A DNA stretch of 64,000 nucleotides from NCBI GenBank assembly GCA_964428315.1, contig CAYRXT010000007.1, positions 5,407 through 69,406 of the forward strand, in the 5' to 3' direction. How positions within the stretch are numbered: position 1 is the first letter of the stretch; the number at the start of each line of letters is the position of its first letter. Made by a program: the position numbers and the translations under genes. The notes beneath the pieces are model-generated. The model saw only the letters and a list, made by a program, of their open reading frames with translations. It was not told the origin of the DNA and did not search any database. This document shows, piece after piece, positions 8,053 through 16,249 of this stretch. Source of the stretch: an uncultured Planctomycetales bacterium. Its GTDB lineage: Bacteria > Omnitrophota > Gorgyraeia > Zapsychrales > CAYRXT01.

Positions 8053-9705
8053 TCACATCTCCTTGAGTTCCTGCGGCTCCTCATAATCTTTGAACGGCTT
8101 GATCGTCCCCCGCCATTGTTTATACCGGTCGTCCGCCCTTACGACATGTGGCGTGATAAAGATAACGATCTCCGTCTTCGTTATGGTGTCGCTCTGGTTG
8201 CGGAACAAGGCGCCCAGCAACGGGATATCCATCAAAAGGGGGACGCCTTTTTCCACATGGCTCTTGTCGTCCTTTTTTAACCCGGCAAGGATGATGGTAT
8301 TCCCGTCCTTGACCATGACGGTCGTCTCCACCTCGGTCTTGTTGACCTGGGGGATCCCGCCGCCCTGTGATTCGATCTTGGCCGTGACCGTGGAGATCTC
8401 CGGCTTCAGGCTCATGGTGACAAATCCGTCGTCGTTGATGGTCGGCGTCACCAGCAGTTTCAACCCCACATCGACAAAACGCACGTCTTCGCTGGTGATC
8501 GCGTTGTCGCCCGTGCCCGATGTAGTGGAAATGATGTAGGGCACGGAGTCCCCTATATGGATCTTGGCCTCTTCATTGTTGGTCACCAGGAGCTTGGGAT
8601 TGGAGAGGATCTTCGTGTCGCTGACCTGCTGGAGCGCGCGCAGATTGATCTCAAACTGATCCGGCGTGATATCGCCGTAGCCGATCTTGCCGAATTCTGA
8701 ATAAAGGGCGTCGCTGCTGCTGAGGTTGTTTTCATCAAGAAAGATACTTCGGAAGCTGAGGTCTCTCAGACCGGAGTGTTCGCTGCGCTTGAAATCCGTC
8801 TCCCAGTCAATGCCGAAATCAAACTGGGGCTTAAATGTAATCTGGATGACCCTGGCTTCGATGAGGACTTCCTTCGTCTGGGCATCCAGCTCTTGAATCA
8901 GCTCCTCGACCTCCTTGCGCCGTCCGGGAAGCGCCCGGACGATCAGCTTGTTGGACCGCTCGTCTGGCGTGATGCTGCCGACCGCATTGGCGTCGATTCG
9001 CGCACGCAGCTTCTCGGCGACCACATCGGCCTTGGCGTACTGCAGGCTGAAGACCATCGACTCGACGGGCATGTCGATCCGGCGGATGGCCGCCATCATC
9101 TTCTCCAGGGTCTGCGGCGTGTCGATCATCGCCACGGTCCCGGTGTCTTCGTCAATGATAATCTTGCCCAAATTGCTCTTGATGGAATCCAGCGCGGCAA
9201 GGATATAGCTCGGCTTGGCGTAATGCAGGCGGACGATTTTTACCTCCTGCTTGTCGGAAAAGCGCCGGCCGTAAAGGGCGGAATATTCCGATTCCGTCAT
9301 GACATGGACGATGCCGTTCTTGACCTCGTAAGCCAGGTTGTTGGAAATCAGGATGATGTCCAGGGCGTCCCTGATGGAAACGCTCTTGAGGTACAGCGTC
9401 ACCCGGCCGGTCACGGTTGGATTGGTGACGACGTTAAACTCTCCCTTCAGCGCCAGAAACTTTATGACGTCCACCATGTTCATGTCGCGCACGTCGAGGG
9501 TGATCTTGCGGCCCAGCCCCTCAACGTCGTCCGGGCCGGTCTCCTCACTGAATTCCGAGCCTGCGTCGGTCCCGCTGACACCCGGTACCGGCATGGCATG
9601 CGCCTGCGGCGTGACGCCGGCAGGCTGAGCCTTCAGAGTCCCGGCAAAAACCGCGATGCCGAAAACCGTCGCCGCGATGATGACGCATCCTTTAACACTG
9701 CGCAT
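8053..9705 (-). CDS. Secretin of the GspD/PilQ/MshL family (type II secretion / type IV pilus outer-membrane channel).
   Basis: Signal peptide MRSVKGCVIIAATVFGIAVFAGTLKAQ. N-terminal secretin-N-like domains. C-terminal secretin domain …VETTVMVKDGNTIILAGLKKDDKSHVEKGVPLLMDIPLLGALFRNQSDTITKTEIVIFITPHVV. Confidence 0.8.
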   Translation of the reverse strand: MRSVKGCVIIAATVFGIAVFAGTLKAQPAGVTPQAHAMPVPGVSGTDAGSEFSEETGPDDVEGLGRKITLDVRDMNMVDVIKFLALKGEFNVVTNPTVTGRVTLYLKSVSIRDALDIILISNNLAYEVKNGIVHVMTESEYSALYGRRFSDKQEVKIVRLHYAKPSYILAALDSIKSNLGKIIIDEDTGTVAMIDTPQTLEKMMAAIRRIDMPVESMVFSLQYAKADVVAEKLRARIDANAVGSITPDERSNKLIVRALPGRRKEVEELIQELDAQTKEVLIEARVIQITFKPQFDFGIDWETDFKRSEHSGLRDLSFRSIFLDENNLSSSDALYSEFGKIGYGDITPDQFEINLRALQQVSDTKILSNPKLLVTNNEEAKIHIGDSVPYIISTTSGTGDNAITSEDVRFVDVGLKLLVTPTINDDGFVTMSLKPEISTVTAKIESQGGGIPQVNKTEVETTVMVKDGNTIILAGLKKDDKSHVEKGVPLLMDIPLLGALFRNQSDTITKTEIVIFITPHVVRADDRYKQWRGTIKPFKDYEEPQELKEM

Positions 9706-9733
9706 AAATTTCCATCCCCTAACTTCCCGGCTT

Positions 9734-10444
9734 TTAAAGATTCATCATCATCTCTTCGGATTTATAGCCCAGGATGACTTCGTCGCCGCGGATCGCCTTG
9801 ACCTTCAGGGCGTCGATGCTCTCTCCCACGGCCACGAAATGCGTAATGCCGTTTACCGTGTCCTCGATCATCGCGATGGGGGCCCCTTCGTCCTCCACGC
9901 TGGAAATCCCCACCAGCCTGAGATTCTTCGTGAGTGCCGTAATCTGCACGGCTTCGGGCGCTTCGTCAGGTGATTTTTCCACCACCTTCTTCTCGTAGGG
10001 CTGAAAAATATTCCTGTGTTCCAGCAGGCTCAGGTATAGGGAGACATCCGGCGAAGACGGTACCGCGATCTGCATCGACCCTTTGCTCCCCTCATCCCGA
10101 GAAACAGCGATCTCCTGCCTGGTGTAACGCAGTCCGTTTACAATATTCCAAACGAAAAGCAGGCATACAACCATAAGGGCGGCCAGGAGGAGATTGTTCA
10201 CTTCCCTCATCCCGAAGCTCGGCCGGCCAGAACCGCTGCGAAGGCCGGAAAAGAGTCCCTCCAGGGCCGGCGGCAGGTTCAGGCCCGGGAGGCCCAGTCC
10301 CTTGACTGAGGTAGCGACCGCCGCCGCCTCCATTTCCCCCGAGGCTTCTTCCTTTTCGGCCTCTACGGCCGGGGCATCACCTCCCTGCTCTTCAATCAGA
10401 CGCAGGAGTTTCTGCTCGCCTGTTTCTTTTTTTTTTGCTGACAT
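9734..10444 (-). CDS. Single-pass membrane protein, possibly a GspC/PilP-like secretin-interacting component.
   Basis: Charged N-terminus, one TM helix (LLLAALMVVCLLFVWNIV) and a periplasmic C-terminal beta-rich segment (…LRLVGISSVEDEGAPIAMIEDTVNGITHFVAVGESIDALKVKAIRGDEVILGY) resembling HR/PilP-type domains. A poly(A)10 tract covers codons 3-6. Confidence 0.35.
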   Translation of the reverse strand: MSAKKKETGEQKLLRLIEEQGGDAPAVEAEKEEASGEMEAAAVATSVKGLGLPGLNLPPALEGLFSGLRSGSGRPSFGMREVNNLLLAALMVVCLLFVWNIVNGLRYTRQEIAVSRDEGSKGSMQIAVPSSPDVSLYLSLLEHRNIFQPYEKKVVEKSPDEAPEAVQITALTKNLRLVGISSVEDEGAPIAMIEDTVNGITHFVAVGESIDALKVKAIRGDEVILGYKSEEMMMNL

Positions 10445-10453
10445 AGTGTGTCC

Positions 10454-10501
10454 AGGTCACCAGGTCACCAGGTCACATGTGACCTTGTGACTTTGTGACT
10501 T
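10454..10501. repeat. Triple tandem inverted-repeat array: (aggtcacc)x3 followed by (tgtgac[ct]t)x3. It is a 48-bp imperfect palindrome with a perfect 16-bp core, aggtcacatgtgacct.
   Basis: aggtcacc aggtcacc aggtcaca | tgtgacct tgtgactt tgtgactt lies in the 65-nt gap between the exeA-like stop (10510) and the downstream ATG (10444), ending 9 nt before that start codon. Confidence 0.7.
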
Positions 10502-10509
10502 CGCGCCGT

Positions 10510-11406
10510 TCACGCCAAATCCTCCGTCTTCTGATAAGCCGGCTTGCTGATCATCGTCTTGCGGTCCCATCCCGCCTGTCGCTCCTTATCCAGGACATCC
10601 CTCACGACAGACTTGTCGGCGACAGGCTTGTTCTGCATAACCATCTCCTTCAGGACGCGGTGGCAGAGCATCGTGATACTGCGGGGGTATCCACGCGAGT
10701 AATTGTATATCTCGCTGACGGCATCCGGAGAGAACAATTCCATCGCAGAGGCATACCCGGCCTTCCGGATCCGGTATTCTATCATTTCCTTTGTCTCTTT
10801 GGGGCCCAGCGGATTCAGCGTGTACTTAAAACTTATCCGGTCAATGAAATTGGACATGTTCGCTATCTTCGAATATAACTCCATCTGTCCAAGAAGCACA
10901 AGCTGTATAAGTTTGTATTCATTGGTTTCGAAATTCAGCAAAACCCGCAGGACCTCCAGCGTTGTGAGGTCCAGCTTCTGCGCCTCATCAATAATGAGGA
11001 TGACGGTCTTCTTCTCCTCGACACTCTTCTGGATCAGAAATCTTTCAACGGCGTCACGCAGATCCAGGATGCGTTCAATGGCCGGCATGTCCGACGGCTC
11101 CAGTTCGATATTAAAATTTCTTACCAGTGATATCAAAAACTGCTCTTCATTTTCAAAGGCCGGATTGAGTATCATGTGAAATATCAGATCGCCGCGCCTT
11201 CGCAGTTCTTGAACAAGCTTGCGCGACAGGCTCGTCTTCCCGGTCCCGATATCACCGAATATGACTGTGAGACCACGGCGCAAACGCAGTTCAATCAGGA
11301 TGTTGGTCAAGGCCATATCGTGTTCGCGCGTAAGATAGAAAAATTCCGGATCGGGGCTCGTTGAGAATGGTTCTTTTTTAAAACCAAGCAGACTGTGATA
11401 GGACAT
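10510..11406 (-). CDS. ExeA/GspA/MshM-like AAA ATPase (secretin assembly/piloting ATPase).
   Basis: N-terminus MSYHSLLGFKKEPF, Walker A GDIGTGKTSL and Walker B ILIIDEAQ, with ExeA-family architecture. An AT-rich promoter region lies upstream (11407-11528). Confidence 0.75.
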   Translation of the reverse strand: MSYHSLLGFKKEPFSTSPDPEFFYLTREHDMALTNILIELRLRRGLTVIFGDIGTGKTSLSRKLVQELRRRGDLIFHMILNPAFENEEQFLISLVRNFNIELEPSDMPAIERILDLRDAVERFLIQKSVEEKKTVILIIDEAQKLDLTTLEVLRVLLNFETNEYKLIQLVLLGQMELYSKIANMSNFIDRISFKYTLNPLGPKETKEMIEYRIRKAGYASAMELFSPDAVSEIYNYSRGYPRSITMLCHRVLKEMVMQNKPVADKSVVRDVLDKERQAGWDRKTMISKPAYQKTEDLA

Positions 11407-11528
11407 ATGCGTTCATTCTTGGGTTGGCAGGGAATATTCAGATATGCCGCGAAGTTTACACCATCGCGACATCATCATTCCTATGTGATAGATAACTATA
11501 TATTACGATATTTATATTTAATTTAATT

Positions 11529-12569
11529 TTAACAAAGTCGAGTTGATTGAGAAGACTTTTTTGACTTTTTTTTCGACGAGTGGCACAACATGAGATTCCA
11601 AATACCGACGATAAATCCATAGGTCCGCGTGAAAGACCTCAGGAACATGACGGCGCACAAATAAAGTCTTTCAGTCCAGAACGCGCACATCCGGAAAGAA
11701 TAGGCGGTTTCCGTAATGCCTAATAACACTGTTCCGGTTAAAACAGTTATTCCGCCACCGGTTACACCCAGGGCCCACATTGCAGTTCCGGCCGCGATCA
11801 CACAGACTAAAACAGGTTCCATCATGTCTTTCACAAATGTATAGTCGTCCCCCCGACTCATGCCGGGATGATCCCTGTACATCTTGGCCCTCCAGAATCC
11901 GTGGCGCGCCTGTTCCCGCAAATACAAAACCAGGTTTTCCGGAAACACATGGTTCACTTCGACTTTTTTCGCGAACCTTATTGCGTATCCGGCCTTAAAG
12001 ATCCTGTAACTTAAGTCATTATCCTCACCGCTGGCAGATCTATATGTCTCATCAAAACCGCCGACCTCCATCATCACATTTCTTCTGACACAAAAGTTAT
12101 AACTTCCGAACGACTTAGGATAATCGGGCATTAACGTGCGATGGCGAAAGATGATCTCACGGTAAATGCATCTCGCCAGAAGGCTATCATTATTCTTAAT
12201 TCCGTAACTGCCTGATACTACAGCTACTTTTGTTTCTGCCAAATATCCGAGCATGGTTTTGATCCATGTCTCTTTCGGCTCGCAATCCGCATCTGTAAAA
12301 AAGACAACCTCTCCGGTGCTGATCTTCCAGCCCCTGTTTCGAGCGGTCGCCGGTCCGGCGTTGTCTTGATAAAAATATTGGACTTGGGGGAAGCCTTTCA
12401 CAACCTCTCTCGTGGCATCCGTAGATCCGTCATCAACGACAATGATTTCCTTTTCTCCAGGATAATTCTGACACAACAGGGCCTTTATAGTTTCCCTAAG
12501 AGAAACCGCGCTGTTGTAGGCGGGGATAACAATGCTGACACGAGAATTCTTAGAGTAGCCGTCCGTCAT
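11529..12569 (-). CDS. Family-2 glycosyltransferase with C-terminal TM helices (GtrB/ArnC-like polyprenyl-phosphate sugar transferase type).
   Basis: VSIVIPAYNSAVSLRETIKAL…IIVVDDGSTDAT…FFTDADCEP (DXD). Hydrophobic C-terminal helices. Confidence 0.75.
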   Translation of the reverse strand: MTDGYSKNSRVSIVIPAYNSAVSLRETIKALLCQNYPGEKEIIVVDDGSTDATREVVKGFPQVQYFYQDNAGPATARNRGWKISTGEVVFFTDADCEPKETWIKTMLGYLAETKVAVVSGSYGIKNNDSLLARCIYREIIFRHRTLMPDYPKSFGSYNFCVRRNVMMEVGGFDETYRSASGEDNDLSYRIFKAGYAIRFAKKVEVNHVFPENLVLYLREQARHGFWRAKMYRDHPGMSRGDDYTFVKDMMEPVLVCVIAAGTAMWALGVTGGGITVLTGTVLLGITETAYSFRMCAFWTERLYLCAVMFLRSFTRTYGFIVGIWNLMLCHSSKKKSKKSSQSTRLC

Positions 12570-13225
12570 CTTTTTTGAGCGACAACATACAGGATCATTC
12601 CAAAAAGCCTTCCGGCCATCTTGTCCGGTGATAATCGAAGCGGAAACGTATTGAGCCCCCCCTCCCGTACTGCGCGAAGACCGTTTCGTTCATGCAGCCG
12701 GCGCAAAGCGGACAAGGTGAAAGGGCGTTCGTCGATTCCCGGCATGTAGAAGGGGCGTATGATCTCCCAGGGCGACCAACGGTTGGGGACGAAAGTCGCG
12801 ATCACGCCGTTCTCTCCAAGGACAGAAACAAAATTGCGCAGGATCCTGTCCTGATCTTGCGCAACAAAATGTTCGAACAACCCGTCCGAAAAAATCAGAT
12901 CAAACCGTCCCGCCGTCTTTTTAGACAGCTCCTCCTTGAGCAGATCGGCCTGCAGAAGATCCGCCCTGCCATCGGTCATGTGCCTGGTCATGGCCAGGGA
13001 CTGATCGGCAAAATCAACAGCGGCCGTGCGCATGCCCCTGTCGCAAAAAAACCTTGAAAAAAAACCGCTGCCGCATCCCGCGTCCAGGGCCCGTCTTCCA
13101 GAAACGGTCAGCGGATCAAGGACGCGCATAATCCGCCGCTTGGACCAGCTGACGTTTTCCGCACTCCTTTTCTGTCTCCGCCAGAATTGATCCCAATTCC
13201 GTGATGTGGGCGTATCGAGTTCCAT
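12566..13225 (-). CDS. Class I SAM-dependent methyltransferase.
   Basis: Motif I LDAGCGSGFFSRFF and acidic loop AVDFAD. The stop overlaps the GT2 start by 4 nt. Confidence 0.7.
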   Translation of the reverse strand: MELDTPTSRNWDQFWRRQKRSAENVSWSKRRIMRVLDPLTVSGRRALDAGCGSGFFSRFFCDRGMRTAAVDFADQSLAMTRHMTDGRADLLQADLLKEELSKKTAGRFDLIFSDGLFEHFVAQDQDRILRNFVSVLGENGVIATFVPNRWSPWEIIRPFYMPGIDERPFTLSALRRLHERNGLRAVREGGLNTFPLRLSPDKMAGRLFGMILYVVAQKR

Positions 13226-13275
13226 AAAATATTCTTACCGGTCAGGCGCCGGTTCCAAGGCAACAGCCGGGGTTT

Positions 13276-13635
13276 TTATTTTGCATCCCCCACCCTCTCC
13301 CTGAGCTGCTCAATTTCAAGTTCCAGCATGCCGATGCGCTGCGCCATGACGGCGTTGCGGCCGTCTTGCTGGCAGATGAACGTTGTCAACAAAAGGCTCA
13401 GAAACACAAAGAAAGCCAGCAGCGTAAAAAAGATAAAATTGCTGGGCAATTCGAAACCCGCCCACCGGGCCAGGCCAAAAAGCCAGTCATCAAAAATGAT
13501 AAACACGATGCCGGCAACAGAAAGGATGATCCAGCCGACGGCGTATTTAAAGGTGAGCTTTCCCCGGCGGATCAATTCAATGACGATCATCAAAAACATC
13601 AGCGGCATCAAAAAGGCGAAGAGCTTAAGGTCCAT
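13276..13635 (-). CDS. DUF2304-type small 4-TM membrane protein (GtrA-like partner of GT2 enzymes).
   Basis: 119 aa with four predicted TM helices and a C-terminal amphipathic tail. This family typically neighbours GT2 genes. Confidence 0.5.
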   Translation of the reverse strand: MDLKLFAFLMPLMFLMIVIELIRRGKLTFKYAVGWIILSVAGIVFIIFDDWLFGLARWAGFELPSNFIFFTLLAFFVFLSLLLTTFICQQDGRNAVMAQRIGMLELEIEQLRERVGDAK

Positions 13636-13636
13636 A

Positions 13637-14353
13637 TCACGTCCCCTTCTTTCTCGTTCTTAACATGTTGATAAGGATAGCGGTTGTCACCTTGAGCATG
13701 TAGTACAGAGCGACAAGAAAGCGTATAGAAGAATGTCCTTCCCGGCGGGCACGCATCCTGACGGGGACCTCGGCGATACGCAGCCGGGACCGCCGCGCTA
13801 TAACAATCGCTTCGGGCTCGGGAAAATCCTGGGGATATTCACCGGCGAACTCTTCAACCGCTTTTCGGTTATAAGCGAAAAAGCCGGACGTCGGATCCGT
13901 CACCTTCATGCCGATAAGCCATCCGATCAGACGCGAAAAAAAGTTTATGCCGAAGCGTCTCAGACGAGATGACCGGAAACCCCGGTGCGGCGGTAAAAAG
14001 CGGCTCCCGATCACGACGTCCGCCATGTCCTTGTGCAGCAGGTCAAGGAGATTCCCGGCACAGGCCGGATCATGCTGCCCGTCACCGTCGACACGGACAA
14101 TTTGATCGAAATCCTGCCGCAGGGCGTATTTCAATCCCGTCTGCACGGCGCCGCCCACCCCTACGTTAAAAGGCAGGGAAATCACGGACACGCCCTTCTC
14201 CCTGGCCGTGACGGCCGTCTCATCATCTGAACCGTCATTGACCACCAGGATCTCTGCCTCGAGGGGCAATCCCTTGATTTCATCGATGAGACCTCCGATA
14301 TTTCCGGATTCATTGTAGGCAGGCACTATGAAAAGAAGCTTTGCCTTATTCAT
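13637..14353 (-). CDS. Family-2 glycosyltransferase, Dpm1/GtrB catalytic-domain type (polyprenol-phosphate hexose synthase-like).
   Basis: LLFIVPAYNESGNIGGLIDEI…ILVVNDGSDDET…RVDGDGQHDP…SGFFAYNRK. The track ORF extends to 14494, but the homologous start is MNKAKLLF at 14353. Confidence 0.75.
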   Translation of the reverse strand: MNKAKLLFIVPAYNESGNIGGLIDEIKGLPLEAEILVVNDGSDDETAVTAREKGVSVISLPFNVGVGGAVQTGLKYALRQDFDQIVRVDGDGQHDPACAGNLLDLLHKDMADVVIGSRFLPPHRGFRSSRLRRFGINFFSRLIGWLIGMKVTDPTSGFFAYNRKAVEEFAGEYPQDFPEPEAIVIARRSRLRIAEVPVRMRARREGHSSIRFLVALYYMLKVTTAILINMLRTRKKGT

Positions 14354-14439
14354 AGAACGCTTGTCTTTCCGAGGGAGCGAGAAAAACGTTATACGCAAGT
14401 GGAGCCGGGAAAACCCGGCAGGGTAACCGCAGCAGCGAG

Positions 14440-14808
14440 TTATCGGACAATCCCGCCTTCTTTTAAGCGGCCCATGAGACTGCAATCGATGCAAAAAGAT
14501 TCGGCCTTGATCACGATGCCGCCTTTCAGCCTCTTATCGATACACTCTTTGATCCCGACGGACGGGCCCCATTTGCGCCGCACGAGCCGCTGTATTGCCC
14601 GAAGGTTAACCGTCTTGATCGTCTTATGCGTAATGACCGTCACCTCATCGGGAGAATCCGCACCTTCCCCCAGTCTTAAGACATCAAGCCGTTTAAGCGC
14701 GGATTCGACAAGAATGTTGTCCAGCATCTTTTTCAGAACGAAGACAATAATGATGGCTATGCCGATCTGGACAAGGATAATCTTCAGCAAGACAGCGGCC
14801 GCGTCCAT
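14440..14808 (-). CDS. Hypothetical small membrane-anchored protein, apparently translationally coupled to the upstream peptidase gene.
   Basis: Its start lies 1 nt after the ctpA-like stop. N-terminal TM helix AAVLLKIILVQIGIAIIIVFVL. No recognisable domain. The overlapping long plus-strand ORF is antisense to ctpA and is rejected. Confidence 0.3.
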   Translation of the reverse strand: MDAAAVLLKIILVQIGIAIIIVFVLKKMLDNILVESALKRLDVLRLGEGADSPDEVTVITHKTIKTVNLRAIQRLVRRKWGPSVGIKECIDKRLKGGIVIKAESFCIDCSLMGRLKEGGIVR

Positions 14809-14809
14809 G

Positions 14810-16114
14810 TCACGGAACCTTCTTTGTGTGGCTCTTTATATAACGGGCCGCATAGGCGATCAGCCGGTCACCCTCTTCCTTCCGTCTCTTGTCGGGCCTG
14901 ACCCCCTCAAAAGGGAACACGGATCCGTCGGGGAAATACCCGCGGGCGGTCACCAGCGCCACCATCGACCCGTCCTCGAAATGGAACATGCTTTTGAGCA
15001 GGACCCGTCCGGCCGTGGAGACGCCCATCAAGATCGCCCGTCCCCTGCGCTGCAGGACACCGGAAAAAAGTTCCGACGCGCTTCCGCTTTTCTCATTAAC
15101 CAGTATAACGACCGGCCCTTCGTACCGGAACCGTTCGGGGATCTCGGGAACGACCAGCGAGGACTTCGGTTGATCCCTTTTCTTAAAATAGGCAAATTCC
15201 TGGTTCGGCTCAAGGAAAAAAGAAGAGATCTCCCAGGCCGCCAGCGGCGGCCCGCCCGGATTACCCCGAAGGTCAAGGATGAGGCCCGCATGGTCCTTGC
15301 GCCCGATGAGTTCAAGGTACCGGAACAAATCGTCCGACGTCTTGCGGTTAAACCTCGTGATCTCCAGGCAATAGACATCCTCGACGGGAGTGGGAACCAT
15401 AAAAACCGTCTGTTTGTAGTACTGCTGGCTGACGAGTTCGAGGGTCTTGACCCGGCCGTCCTCGGGGTCAATGTACCGCACCATTGTCTCTGTCCCTTTC
15501 AACGGCGTAAGCAATTCCTGGATCTCGGATTCCGTGAGCCCGCCGATGTCCTGACCGTTGACGGCCTTGACCAGCGCCTCGGGACGAAGGCCCTTTCGAT
15601 AGGCGTCCGATCGCGGCTCCACATGTCCGACACGAAAACCTTCCGCCGTCAACCGGCCTTCAATCCCAAGATCAATCTTTTCACCGAGCACCTTGCGCTG
15701 AAAGTCATCCGCGACCTGCGGAGGAAGGAACGCCGAAAAATCATCGCGGGGATCTTTCATAAAGTCGACCAGATAGGCCGCCGAACGCCATGTGATGTAC
15801 TCGCTTCGTTTGCCCTCACCTTTCAGTTGGGGGTAGATCTTTTTGTCAAAGGTCTTGAGGAACCGTTTGAAATCCTTCCTTTGCACGGGCTGAAAATAAT
15901 TCTCGTCCATCGTGCGGTAGACCTCTTCAAAAAAATCAATATATTCCCGGTATGACCCGTCCTGCCCGCCTGAGACAGCGTAAACGGCGCCCGCCGAAAG
16001 AATGGACACAGACAACAGAATACCGGCACAGCCCAGCGACGTCATGTTAACGATGGGAAAACGCATTAAGAAATATCTTAAGGACATAGTTGCATTATAA
16101 CACACGCGGTTCAT
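14810..16114 (-). CDS. S41 family C-terminal processing peptidase (CtpA/Prc-like).
   Basis: LILDLRGNPGG, VVILVNEKSGSASELFSG, PDZ-like region and a signal peptide. Confidence 0.8.
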   Translation of the reverse strand: MNRVCYNATMSLRYFLMRFPIVNMTSLGCAGILLSVSILSAGAVYAVSGGQDGSYREYIDFFEEVYRTMDENYFQPVQRKDFKRFLKTFDKKIYPQLKGEGKRSEYITWRSAAYLVDFMKDPRDDFSAFLPPQVADDFQRKVLGEKIDLGIEGRLTAEGFRVGHVEPRSDAYRKGLRPEALVKAVNGQDIGGLTESEIQELLTPLKGTETMVRYIDPEDGRVKTLELVSQQYYKQTVFMVPTPVEDVYCLEITRFNRKTSDDLFRYLELIGRKDHAGLILDLRGNPGGPPLAAWEISSFFLEPNQEFAYFKKRDQPKSSLVVPEIPERFRYEGPVVILVNEKSGSASELFSGVLQRRGRAILMGVSTAGRVLLKSMFHFEDGSMVALVTARGYFPDGSVFPFEGVRPDKRRKEEGDRLIAYAARYIKSHTKKVP

Positions 16115-16178
16115 GATTGCCCGCCGATTCCCATCAGGTGAACAGGTCTCCTCTCCGGCCCTCCGTTAGATCAAGACC

Positions 16179-16219
16179 AAAAAAATCCCCCGCTCCAAAC
16201 AATCTGCCGCAAGCGGGGG
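16179..16219 (-). terminator. Rho-independent terminator downstream of the EF-hand gene.
   Basis: Minus-strand CCCCCGC…GCGGGGG stem followed by ATTTTTTTGG, 31 nt after the stop at 16250. Confidence 0.55.
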
Positions 16220-16249
16220 CATTCCCTCTCAAGACAAAACCAAGCAGTT

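Noticed and set aside
6919-8086. Plus-strand ORFs of 346 and 310 aa (one Ser-rich)
   Set aside because: They are antisense to the coiled-coil/TPR gene. Repetitive coiled-coil coding sequence routinely yields long antisense ORFs, and the Ser-run composition is not protein-like.
8776-9777. 333-aa plus-strand ORF
   Set aside because: Antisense to the secretin gene, which has unmistakable secretin C-domain motifs.
13225-13276. Hairpin + T-run (ccgg…ccggggtttttatttt) between the methyltransferase and DUF2304 genes
   Set aside because: It is oriented as a plus-strand terminator but all local genes are on the minus strand. The stem is only 4-6 bp. It is probably chance.
13637-14494. N-terminal extension of the Dpm1-like GT2 in the ORF track (MHRLQSHGPLKRRRDC…)
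   Set aside because: Homology starts at MNKAKLLFIVPAYNE (14353) and the extension is Arg/Cys-rich non-protein-like sequence, so the start was trimmed.
14399-15955. 518-aa plus-strand ORF
   Set aside because: It is antisense to the S41 peptidase gene, which has strong family motifs. The plus-strand ORF is low-complexity, R/P-rich and has no motifs, so it is a shadow ORF.
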